A DNA stretch of 64,000 bases, from positions 21,454,001-21,518,000 of the forward strand of contig CM052818.1 in NCBI GenBank assembly GCA_028534125.1, written 5' to 3'. Origin of the DNA: Lama glama. Lineage: Eukaryota. The notes under the pieces were generated by a model. It was given only the letters and a program-made list of their open reading frames with translations, did not search any database and was not told the DNA's origin. Made by a program: the position numbers and the translations under genes. This document shows, piece after piece, positions 38,169-49,649 of this stretch; position 1 is the first letter of the stretch, and each line of letters opens with the position of its first letter.

Positions 38169-38250
38169 CAGTGGTGGATTTACTGTGAGGAGCTCAAGCT
38201 CCCTGGCCCTCCACATGCATGGGCATCTTCTACGGCCCTGGGAGGGGCCA
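38169..38250 (+). mobile_element. hAT-Tip100-like DNA transposon end
   Basis: cagtggtggatttactgtga...aagct...ggccctccacatgcatgggcatcttctacggccctgggaggggcc resembles a recalled Tip100-group terminus. Confidence 0.5.
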
Positions 38251-38399
38251 TGAAGCTAAAGCTTGCATTAGCTGTCAAAAACTGAGAAGGCGTTTGCCCA
38301 TTTTTAGTGTGATGGCACCTCTTTCATGCTCCATGATTTCTTAAAGATTTTTGAAGAGATGGTTCACACAGGCTCAGATAATGCTGTCTGTACTTACTA

Positions 38400-39500
38400 A
38401 TTCACTCAAAGAAACACTTCCTACCTTCACCTCTGCGTTAAATGCCCCTTTTCAAGATCACCAATAACCTCCTAATTGCCAAGTGCATTGACCACTTTTG
38501 GGGCTTCTTTCCATTTAAGTTATTTGCAGCACTCGACAGGGCTGTTACTCCTAGCTTAAAATTCCCTCCATCCTTTACTTCTGAAATAATTCTGCTTCTC
38601 CTCTTACCTTAGGTGTTACCATGTCAGTCTGCTTCTCTTTCTCTGCCAACCCCCTAGGTGTGCTTCCCAGGACCCCATTTTTCTCACTCTATATCCTTTT
38701 CCTGAGTCAGGACATCCTTTTCCAAAGATATGACTAGGATTAATTTATTAGTGAGGGCCAAAGCTATGCCTCTAGCCTCAGGTCAAGAGCATCCAAAGCA
38801 TATAAGACATCTCCACCAGTGTCTCCTGAACGCCTCAAATTTAAATAGTCCAAAGCTGAACTCATCTTCCCTTCAAGCCATCTGTGTTCTGTCGATAACC
38901 ATGTTATCACTATCCACCAGGATGCTCTCATCTCTGACTCCCACCTCCTTCTCATCCAACCATACCTAACCAGGCACCAAGCGCCACCGGCTCTGCCTCT
39001 GAGACCCCCGCCCACCCGGTCTCTCCTCACTTTCACGGCTCCTGCTTCAGGTCAGGCCTCAGCCAGTTCCAGAGCAGGGTAAGCACCTCCTCACCAGCAT
39101 CCCCCCTGCTGGGATTCCTTGTCATCTGTCCTCCATGAGGCTGATGCGGAGATTTGTAAGTACAGATCTGACTATGTCACTGCACTGAACGCCCATGGCA
39201 TACAAGGTCCAAACACCTTTTTTCAGACTCATTTTATGCTGCTCCTCTACTCCAACTGGATCCTTTAGCCCCAATGTAACTGACCTTTCCTAAGTCCGTA
39301 TCTTTGCCTCAGATGGCTTTCTTCCCTTTTCCACCTATTCAAACCCAGCCTGTCTATATCATCTCAGGGTAGTGTCCCCCAGTTTTCCCAGGCAAAAGAA
39401 ACTGCACCCTCCTTTCTGTTCACTTGGTCTATTGCATGCTGCTCAGTTGCACCACTTCTCACTGAGTCGGGCATTCAATAACGTCCATGGGATGGGCAAA
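38400..39500 (+). mobile_element. L2 LINE (degraded RT region through 3' region)
   Basis: tcaagatcaccaataacctcctaattgccaa, tttgcagcactcgaca, gacatctccacc...cctcaaatttaaatagtccaaagctgaactcatc. Confidence 0.75.
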
Positions 39501-39514
39501 AAGGAAGAAAGAAA

Positions 39515-39735
39515 ATTACTGTCTATTGAGTAAGGTACTGTGTTAGGTACTTAAATATATATCATTTAGTTTGAAACTCTGAACAATGTTTTGAGCTAGT
39601 ATTATTTTCTCCTTTGGATAGGTGAGGACTGTCAGGCTCTGAGAGATTCAGTGTTTGTTCAAGGTCAGGTTTGCTTGTAAAATGCAGCTCTAAGACTCAC
39701 ACCAGGTCTGCTTGACCCCAAAGCTCAGGCTCTTG
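39515..39735 (-). mobile_element. MIR SINE
   Basis: ggtactgtgttaggtactt...ggctctgagagattcagtgtttgttcaaggtca...ccaggtctgcttgaccccaaagctcaggctctt. Confidence 0.75.
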
Positions 39736-42700
39736 ATGGGAAGTAAAAGCTGTGATAATCCCCCTGACTTAAAATCCAATGGCAAATTTCATTCACTTTT
39801 ACAGTAAAAGGCATGAAGTGGTAATATGATTTGTGAACATGAGCTTTTCTTTGCAATTAAGTACTCTAAGAGAACTCAAGGAATATTTTAAAAATAAATC
39901 ATTTGTAAAAAAAAGTAACCAGGAAAGACATTTTCTCTAATAGCCTTTTCATGTGACTCTCATTTTCCAAACAGAGAAGAGCACAGATCCATTAGTCCTC
40001 ACCCTTCTTTCATCTAAAACATTAAGCAGCCCACATCGTTGGCCAATGAGAGACAATAAACAGGTCTTTAAAAACCACAACTCCACCTTCCCTGACAATC
40101 TAGTATCTCTAAAGTCTTCGGCCTCTCACTGAGGTAACTTCCCTCTTGGGTTTTTGTTTTCTTTAAAGTAATTTGGATAAAGTGTTTCCAAATGATAATA
40201 AATGTTAGGTTATGGAAATCCCATGGTTTTAGGGGAAAAAATTAGACAGTTTCTCATGGGAAGGTGTTCTAGGCTAGCCTAAAGAGCAGGCTTGGCAAGT
40301 GTTCATCTCAGTACAGAGTGAGTTCATCACAGATTTGAGGGAGGGAGTCTGCAGGGCCTCATGCCCCTGGGTAGTGAACATTTTAAGTTATCTACTGGGC
40401 TTGATTGCAGTCAGTATCGATTCCACTTCCAAATCACTAGATGGAATCATAGAAATTTGTTGATGTTTCTCTTTCAGCCCCTCATTCTTCTGTAAGATCG
40501 TGAGCCTGATGAAGTAGCCATTCTACTCAAGTGACCCTTGAAACATCATAGAATTTCATATTGTTAAAAAAACCCAAACTCCTAGCAATGTCTAACTTTG
40601 TAAAGTTACAGGCACACAGGAAGCAAAGCCGACACCCACGATGCTGCTGTTCACACCCTGCCTGGGCTGAACTACTCCCTTTGGTAGATGGAATCCATAT
40701 TCTCACATACACTGGAAATGCTAAACTATTAATAACTTCCCCACAACGTGCTTTTGGCTCTGATGCCTCCAATGAATTCATCATTATTTAAGCAGAGTAT
40801 ACATAATATTATCACAATTGATGGTCACAAGCATGACACCTTCTGACAGTTCTACCATCAGTTTTCTGTCTCAGTCCGATTCGCAATCTCTTTTTAAAGT
40901 GGAAAAATTCTTACACATGCGCTGGGAACACATGTAGGGTTCTAATGGTTGTTAAGTGTTGCTATGTTTACAATGCTATAGAATAGAACAGTCTGACACT
41001 GAGCAAAGACAATTTCTTTTTCTGGTCCTTTAGTGAGACACCGTGCCTCATCACAGCCCATCTCCCTGGCCTTTCAAAAAGAGGATCAGCAAGGAGTCCT
41101 GAAGTTTTTCATCTTTTCTATTCATTCTCCACTGTAACTCTTTTTAGTTTTTTTTGCTGTTGTTTGCCAACGGATTTTGTTCATGAGGACCTTTTCCCAC
41201 TTATGTGTGCTTTTGTTTAAGTCTTCTTTTCTGTCCAGCGATTCTAAAACCTCTCCTAAACTTCCTGGAGGCCAGACCTATGCTATTTTTTCCCTTTTCT
41301 GTGTGCTCAACTTACACAAAACCTTGCCCCATGCCTCTCTGCTGCGACTTACACGTGATCTGAACATGCCGTCCAGTGGCATTTTGTGCAACTCTACCAT
41401 CTTAAAGCACCATGCTGTATGACTCCATGAAGGCAGGACCAGGGGTGAAACTTCACGTTTAGCTAATGTTTACATTGTTCTTGTTTCCTTCAGTTTTTAG
41501 CCCTGGCCTCCTCTTTATCACCTCCTTCCACCCCCTGCCCCCAACCTTCTAGTTTCTATCCAGTCAAATTCAGACTAAGCTCGGGCTGTTTGCTTGCACT
41601 CCTACTAGAACAATGTGGTGCTGGGATTGCACGAGAGGTAAAAATAACACTGACATTCAGACATAAACTACTTTTCTCGATGGGGAAAGAATGTAAGAAG
41701 AAAGCAAGCTTTTCTATATCTTTCAATACAAGTCTGTCTGAGAGAACGACAGAACTCTTGCCTCTCCAACTCAGGGCTGAGCTGGTAATTATATATTTCA
41801 GAAGAATACCACATACAATTAAAAAAATCATAAAAAGCCTACCAGCATAAAAACGTGACATGACATGAAGCTCAATATAAAGTTGTTCACTGCACATACA
41901 GTAATTGCACCAATTACGTTTAGAATATTTATTTGCTTACCCAAAACCCCAAGATATAAAAGGCTAATTATCAAAAATGACACCAGTGAACAGTTTTACC
42001 CAAGCTAACCAAAAACAGAATATTAATAGTGCAAAGGAATGAAAAGAAACTTCAGTTTACATTTTGAATTAAAATGTCAACGAAATAAAACAGCAAATTC
42101 ATCAGCCTTGTTGTTCACATACATGGCTTCAACATCTGAAGAAAATATAAAAAGCCTTTTCAGCTTTGATAATCACTTCGACTCTTTGGAGCTGATTGAA
42201 AAAGGAAACTACATCAAAACTTCCATGGGTTAAGATAGGTTAAATTAAATGCATAATTCAAAAACATGTGATAATTTTTTAAAGAACACACAAGCCTAGT
42301 TAATGGTTACCACTCTGAGTGCCTTGATAAGATCAACTTATAGACTTGTCTCATAGGGTCCATTTTTATTTCCAAACACTACATGAAGTGTATTACTCAG
42401 GACAGTTCTTTTTGGTTCACCTTACACAATATTTCTTTCAGAGTTTTTCAGGCCTAAAATTAAAGAATTATACATGATGACACTAAGGGGGCGATTTACT
42501 GAAATGACTGACATTCTCCACTGACAGCTCGAGATTGGATTCAAGTTCCTCTGCACTAGTACAATTTGATCTCTATGAACAATTAAATAATGGCACACAG
42601 ACGATCATAGTCTTGTTAGTTAGAAACATCTCTGCCTACATTTATGCTTTGACTTAAAGTGAAGAAATATGAAGACACTGTCTTTTGTCACAAGAAGTAA

Positions 42701-43122
42701 TCATTTGTTTGACAGAACTGCAGCAACTCTCCTGCAATGGGCAGAGACAATGCTTCATCAATACCACCATCTCACCACTGTCTCTGTCTCTAGTTGGTCT
42801 ACTTTATCGTACTGTATTCATATACATCATATTTACATAATATAAAATGTTAGCTGATCTCGGGTACAACGCTGTTATCTTTCCAGGTTCATGGGGAAAA
42901 GGTGTAACTCAAGGTCACAGTGATGTTCAAATACAGAAACATTCTGAATCATACCAGAAGGGTTAAAGGTTTCTTTTAAATAGAAGAATATTTAATTCTT
43001 TTCTGAGAAAAATATAGAAAATTTCTACAATTTTTAAAACTCCTAAATTCCTTTAGAAATATTTTACTTCTTCCCACCAGGTAATAAAGAAGAATGAGTA
43101 TTTTAAAAGTTCGGCTTTTTAA

Positions 43123-43250
43123 TCCATTGTTTTTAGGGAGGAGGTAATTAAGCTTATCAATTTATTTCTTTTGATGGAGGTACTAGGGACTGAAACCAGG
43201 ACCTTGTGCATGTTAGGCATGCACTCTACCACTGAGCTATACCCTCCTCC
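43123..43250 (-). mobile_element. tRNA-Ala-derived camelid SINE (vic-1 type)
   Basis: gaggtaattaag...tggaggtactagggactgaaaccaggaccttgtgcatgttaggcatgcactctaccactgagctataccctcc; TSD taaaagttcggctttttaa (43104-43122)/tacaagtctggctttttaa (43251-43269). Confidence 0.9.
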
Positions 43251-43309
43251 TACAAGTCTGGCTTTTTAAATGTTCCTAAGACAATTTTACAAGTTAGGTA
43301 TTATTTCTT

Positions 43310-43625
43310 TTAGCTTGGAAGCTCTCTCAGCTCATCCTTGCCCAATTAGCTCCTACACATCTTTTAAGAACTGGCTTAGCTCTTTTTCCTCCATCAAGCC
43401 CTCCCTCCCTCACTTCTCTAGCCCATAATAATATTCCTCTCCTTTGAATAAATCCAACATAGTCCATTACTTAATATATAATTCTATATCTTCTCTTGTA
43501 TTATTTTTCAATTGTTTTATAATGTGTCTTTGACTTTCCAGTAAATTGAATAATTTGAACTCCCTCACTTCTTACCCTCTCCATGCCCTGTAACAGTGCC
43601 CCCAAAGCTACCTGACTGATTGAAA
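43310..43625 (+). mobile_element. L2 3' region
   Basis: gcttggaagctctc...ctcctacacatcttttaagaact...tcctccatcaagccctccct. Confidence 0.5.
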
Positions 43626-44137
43626 TATCTTATTTTCACTGTTTTCTAAAATACATTAAAGAGCCTAAACTTCACAAATTAAATGGAAGAGCCACCTTCA
43701 ATATATTTACGGGATATAATTTAACTGGAAGTTCTTTGAAAAGTGTGATGGATGCTAAACGAAAGTAAGGTAGTATGACATTTGTTGACTGATATATTAA
43801 TAGTTACTTATATCCATAGTGTTCTATGTATGTGTTTTCTGCCAATCTGGCTCGCCTGCCCATTTTACTGTCAGTCCTTCAGAGTAGGGATTAGGTATTC
43901 TTATCTTATGACCCATTAGGCTTACAACCACGCCATGAACACAGCAGACACTCAACATGAGCCTTTTGCTTGAGAGTCATCCATGAGTAATTGTACGTTC
44001 TGTTTATTCAAAGAAAAATTAACTGTTTCATGCACTGGATGAAATCCTTTACCAAATCTTCCCTGAGCCTCCATGCAGCTGGGTCCCAGCGTATCACTTC
44101 CTTTTGTGCTCTAGGAAGACTGGACCCAAGGGCACCC

Positions 44138-44637
44138 NNNNNNNNNNNNNNNNNNNNNNNNNNNNNNNNNNNNNNNNNNNNNNNNNNNNNNNNNNNNNNN
44201 NNNNNNNNNNNNNNNNNNNNNNNNNNNNNNNNNNNNNNNNNNNNNNNNNNNNNNNNNNNNNNNNNNNNNNNNNNNNNNNNNNNNNNNNNNNNNNNNNNNN
44301 NNNNNNNNNNNNNNNNNNNNNNNNNNNNNNNNNNNNNNNNNNNNNNNNNNNNNNNNNNNNNNNNNNNNNNNNNNNNNNNNNNNNNNNNNNNNNNNNNNNN
44401 NNNNNNNNNNNNNNNNNNNNNNNNNNNNNNNNNNNNNNNNNNNNNNNNNNNNNNNNNNNNNNNNNNNNNNNNNNNNNNNNNNNNNNNNNNNNNNNNNNNN
44501 NNNNNNNNNNNNNNNNNNNNNNNNNNNNNNNNNNNNNNNNNNNNNNNNNNNNNNNNNNNNNNNNNNNNNNNNNNNNNNNNNNNNNNNNNNNNNNNNNNNN
44601 NNNNNNNNNNNNNNNNNNNNNNNNNNNNNNNNNNNNN
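44138..44637. other. Assembly gap (500 N)
   Basis: Run of exactly 500 N. Confidence 1.
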
Positions 44638-45049
44638 GATAAAGAGGGCAATTGAGTTTTACAAAAATCACTATCAGTGCGTTTCAAGATCAAAAGTGAT
44701 ATGCTCACCAAATCTACAACATGAAAAGACAGAGGGAGGCATCACCCCACGAAGCTAAAACAAGTGGCCTTGGTCACACTCTGCGTCAGGTTTATACTGC
44801 ACAGAATAGGCTTATGGAACTAATTCTCCCATGAGGTGGAGTGAGCTGGACATGTTCAGAAGTTTTGAGGAAATGCATGGCTGACAGATTAACATTGGGA
44901 TGTTAAAGGAAGACTGGAAATAGCTCTGATCTTTTCAATATTAATATTGCAGGAGTGAACTAGGCCGTCCACACAGCACTTCTTGGTGACTCTGTTAGAG
45001 ACAAAAACCTAAAGTGAACAACGAACGGCATTCTTAGCAGTAGTAAGAG

Positions 45050-45250
45050 CAGCAGCAACTAACTTTTACTGAGATGCAGGCACTGTATCGTGGGCTTTAT
45101 GGATCTATTATTAAAATATTCTCATAGCACTTCTATCAGGATGGTAGCTCCATTTTCTGTATGAGGAAACTGAGGTCTACAGAAGCTAGGTAACCTGCCC
45201 AAGTCACTGAGCTAGTAAGTGGCAAAGCCAAGACAGGAAGCCAGGTTTAC
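45050..45250 (-). mobile_element. MIR SINE
   Basis: ccattttctgtatgaggaaactgaggtc...taacctgcccaagtcactgagctagtaagtggcaaagcca. Confidence 0.85.
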
Positions 45251-46189
45251 GTTTTGCACCTGGAGGCTAAAGCGGCAGAGGAGTTCAGGCTCTCAGATAC
45301 TTAAAATGGTACTTTCTGAAACAAAATTCTACATAAAACAGGAAGGGAATCATAGAAGGTGTTTCTTTGTATTACATTGTTACAAATGATGCCTTAAAAA
45401 TATGAAGAACCACTCATCATTTCGGTTATGATGGTTCTATTTAAAGTACTATTTCGATTCCATTTTACCCAAAAGTCATATTATTGATAGTCAGGTAGTC
45501 ATACTGTCTGTTTGATGACACATCAATAGTAAAATGACTTTTAAATTGTCTGTTGCTTAACGTGAATATTGGAAACCCAGGTATTAAGTGGAAGGATGTG
45601 TGTTACACAAGAAAAGCTCAGTTTTCAAACAGGAGGGAAATGGATGCTCTGTGGGTACTTGGTAGCCACCTCCCACAGGATGGGAAGTCAAAACTGCAAT
45701 AAAAACACGTCCAATCCCTGGGTCAACCGATTAGGGTGGGGGCTAGCTGTTGAGACAATCAGAAACATAAATCATTCTTAAATTTTTACAAATATATTAT
45801 AAGTTTTTAAGTTACTCTGCTTGTCTTTAGATAATTCATAAAATTAACTTCTATCCCCAGAGTACCCAAGCAACTTCTATTAACTGAGGTGCCCTTAGAA
45901 AGAGGCTGAACAGAGTAAAACAGCCCAGCATTGAAATATCTCCATGGATAGTCCTCAACATGAGTAACCTCCATTTGGATTACTGAGGGTGGATTGACTA
46001 CAAATGAAAAACCTAAGCTTACATGTCGGTGATTTGCCTTCCCCATACAGGATTAATCAATAGGGTGGAGTTAAACAGAGGGCTTTAGACTATCTTTAGT
46101 ATCCAAATATTCAACCACAGAAGACAGGAGCTGGTGTTGAAAGTTACCCTAATGACATGTATGTCACACAAAAACCGTATCACTGCTAC

Positions 46190-46400
46190 AGCTGTGCTTG
46201 TATAGTGCTTTCTATGTGCCAGGCACTATTCTAAGTGCTTTTACATTTACCAAGTCACTTATTATAATCCATTACAATCTTATAAAGTAAGTACCATTAC
46301 TATTCCCATTTTATGGATGGTGAAACTGAAGAACAGAGATTAAGCAATCTGCCCAAGTCCACCCAGATAGAAAGAGGCAGAGTTACAATTTAAACCCATG
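46190..46400 (-). mobile_element. MIR SINE
   Basis: agtgctttctatgtgccaggcactattctaagtgcttttaca...cccattttatggatggtgaaactgaagaacagagattaag. Confidence 0.9.
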
Positions 46401-48738
46401 AGGGTTTATGTCCATAAGAACTGAATAAAAATCCCTGGGAAATCTAAAAGAAATTACCATTTGTGCAACAGAGAAATATATCTAGTTATATCCACTACCT
46501 TAATCAAAACACACTGGAAGTTCAGATGAACACAATTAACTAATACGAGTTCCCCATCAAACAGTCATTTCAATCAGACATCCTGACCTACATGGGCTCT
46601 GTCAATATTCTCAGTTGGTTTTTGGACTATTACCCAGTCTATCTAGTTTTGGTTGGAATATTTCTTGAATATCAAAGGACCAGTCTCGGCTGATTTTCTT
46701 GTGTCTTGTTTTCTCCGTGTCAAAAAAACAAAGGACATGAATGTAATTCAGGATATAATGAAAAGATCAAACCTGCCATGGAACAAACCATTTGGGGAGA
46801 TATTGTGGCGGTTCAGACAACCCAGAGGCAATCTTCTCCACCACACGGGGGGCTTGGTCTTGCTAGTGACTACACAGCTCAGAAAAAGAATAAAATATGT
46901 ACATTTAAAAATTTTTAAAGAGAAATTTGCTGTTTCAGGCTGACGTTAATATGTGTGGAGGGGGTAGAGAAAAGACTAGTTTCCTAATGAAAATGGAGAC
47001 CTAAATGATTTCTTTAAAACTAAACTCACATTGGGAAAATCCTGATTTAAAAAAAAAAAGGATAATAAAAAACCAAAAAGCATTCCGTGAAAAAAAAAAA
47101 ACCTCTTCTGACAGACTAATAAGGACTTTAATATGATAATCTGGTGTTTATCTGCATTTGGCTTGTGAAATGCAGTTTTCTCAGCTATTATGCAAGGGCT
47201 GTAAAATGAAGAATACCTAATTGCCTCCTGGAGAAAAGTATTACTACTGAAATGACTTAAGCAAACACATTCTGAACTCACAAAGTATTTTAAAATAATT
47301 TCGACTGAAAAATGAATGACAGCTAAATGACTGCCATTAACCGTTCTACAGGTGCCCCTGGCCATGGCCTATTTTGGTTCCAGTGAACACCCACCAGCCT
47401 TAGGCCAGCTTCAGCAGCAGTGTGTCAAATAAATACTTTGGTAACCCAATTTTTCCTTCTTACCTGCCCCAAATGCCTGTCAGCTTGGAGTACTACTCTA
47501 TCTACTGCCAGGTGAACTCATAATAGGAATGTCCTTAGCATCTGTTTCTAGAGCGATGTGACGTTACTCAGTTGTTTGAAATAGGTTAGGTAACATGGAG
47601 CAAGAGGTAGGCACACTGGCCTCAACAACTGTTTAGGCAGGACACAAAATTAAAGCCAGAGAAAAGCTGGAAAAGGCAGCTGAACTCTCTCCTACCTCTC
47701 CTACCTAAATAAGTTTTCTGGACGTGGTTTTCCAATTCGTAGAAGTTTATATATCTTTGCTCTTAAAACTGCCTCAGAAGTGTATATAGAAGGATACGGT
47801 CAATACATTCTCCTACAATTTAGGAAGAACTTCTTTCATTCTATGAGATAATATTTTTTAAAACCCTAAATGGAAGTGTTGGGAGTTTGGAAATAAGAAA
47901 TAGAAGCGTTCCGGCCACAGGATAAATCGGGGGCACACTGACTACTTCCAAACTAACTCTTGTTCAGCCTGTTTGTGTCCCAGTCCACCCAGGCTCCCCC
48001 TGGGCAGCCTGCCTCAGTGGTTGTACAGAGACTCTGCAGAACCCCCTCTTCATGCAGCTTTTCCTTGGGGTTGGTTCTTTGTATCCATTCTCCAAGCTCT
48101 TGCAGACTTCTGGGTCCTAACTCTGGTAATTCTTTTTCTGGTTTGGAGGCACCTGGTCCTAATTCTGGTAATTCTGTCTTCCAGATCTATCTCCTTCTCA
48201 ACCACCTGGCTTCTCAGTCTGCCTGATGTCTTCAGCTGCTCTGACTTTGGCTTGCCTGCTAGCCTGTACTGCTATTTCTGGGGCCTCCAATACCACTCAG
48301 TTTTGTTTTCAGGGTCCAGCTTCTTGTCTAGTATGCCAAGCCTTTGTTTCTCTACTTCTGGGCATAATGCGGGTGCATCCAAAAGTAATTGGTCAGAGTG
48401 CAAAGTGAGGGCTCACATGTAACAAAGCCAGTTTCAATGCAGGGAATAGTAGCTCCACACTGGATATTCTACTTTAAGCCACTTGGCCAGTCTAGTGTAT
48501 TGCATCTTACTAACGCAACAAATGACCACAGTAGATTAAATTTCTAACCTCATCTAAGGAGCAGGCACAGCTATTTAATTGTGGGATTGGAAGGAATTAT
48601 ACTAGTTCAGCTTTTCCTCTGCTTTTAAAAGCACTATTCAGCCTGACTAGAATAAAAGTTATGTTCAGAATCTTTATAACACAGAATTTTGATCAATTTC
48701 ATTTCCTGAATAAGAATCTTGAAAGATTCCCATTGCCT

Positions 48739-48992
48739 CCTGGCCTACAAAGTGAGGGATGCGAGCCTCGGACGTGCAAGATGAAGCATGTACAGGAAGA
48801 GAATACTAGAATATCTGTGTATCCTTCCATTATCCTATTACATTTCACTTTTGTATATTTTCTAGTGTATATATCAATATAGCAGTAGTGCATATATATA
48901 GTTTATTAGTAAACAAATATACATAGGTTGGGGGTAAATATACAAAAAAATTTACAGGTGGGAAATGCAAACAAAAATGTTTGGAGGAAAGG
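48739..48992 (+). mobile_element. hAT-Charlie (Charlie4-like) non-autonomous element
   Basis: caaagtgaggga...gtgcaagatga...caggaagagaatactagaa...aaatatacataggttggggg...caaaaatgtttggag follow a recalled Charlie4-type layout. Confidence 0.55.
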
Positions 48993-49124
48993 GGCTTTTA
49001 GGGCAATGACTAGCCCCTTAGATCAGCATTTGAGGTACCTCACAGTCAGCCTTCAACCTGCCATTCCTGCCACCTCACCCATAAATCCTACCCCTATCTG
49101 GGTACCCTCGGCTCCATTCATACT

Positions 49125-49570
49125 GAAGTGCTAGACTATACGTTCTATGATGGCAGAGATCATGAACATCTTACTTGTCCCTTGGATATCCAACCCTTAG
49201 CACATTGCATAGCATCTACTAGACACCGAAGATATATTTACCAAATGAATGATTAATAAAACTAGCTTTATAAGCACATTGTGTGTGTATATCTCTGTAC
49301 CTTTCCATTTATTGTGCCTGCTTGGAATGCCCGTTCTGCCAGCCCTCAACCTGGGGAACACCTATAAAACTAGACTAATTTCTTCATCAATACCTGTATC
49401 CCCACCGTTTAGTTACTTATGTCCTCATCTGAGCTCACATTCATCTTTGTAATTACTTATAATACATGTTTAACTCCTTTAATGTTCCTTTGTATCCTCA
49501 AATCCTGCCATGGTACTCAGCTCATTGCAGGTGCTTAAAAAACACTGTGGGATGATGTATAAATGAGTTT
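49125..49570 (+). mobile_element. L2 3'-end fragments (two)
   Basis: ctagactatacgttctatgatggcagagatcatg...aaatgaatga; gcctgcttggaatgccc...ctttgtatcc...caggtgctt. Confidence 0.6.
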
Positions 49571-49649
49571 TTAAATAATTAATTACTGATCTTTAAAAGG
49601 CTTCAGAATGTTTCTATTTCTAATGATAATTGAAAACAGGTACAAGACT

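Noticed and set aside
43991..44758. Long ORFs of 183-255 aa
   Set aside because: Artefacts of reading through the second N gap
46772..46880. Possible minus-strand exon
   Set aside because: Weak GTTTGA donor, atypical acceptor and unrecognised peptides
47464..47545. Consensus CAG/GTAAGA donor on the minus strand
   Set aside because: No convincing upstream acceptor, and stops in all frames
47973..48422. 149-aa ORF
   Set aside because: L/S/F-rich translation of pyrimidine-rich DNA, non-ATG start, no family resemblance
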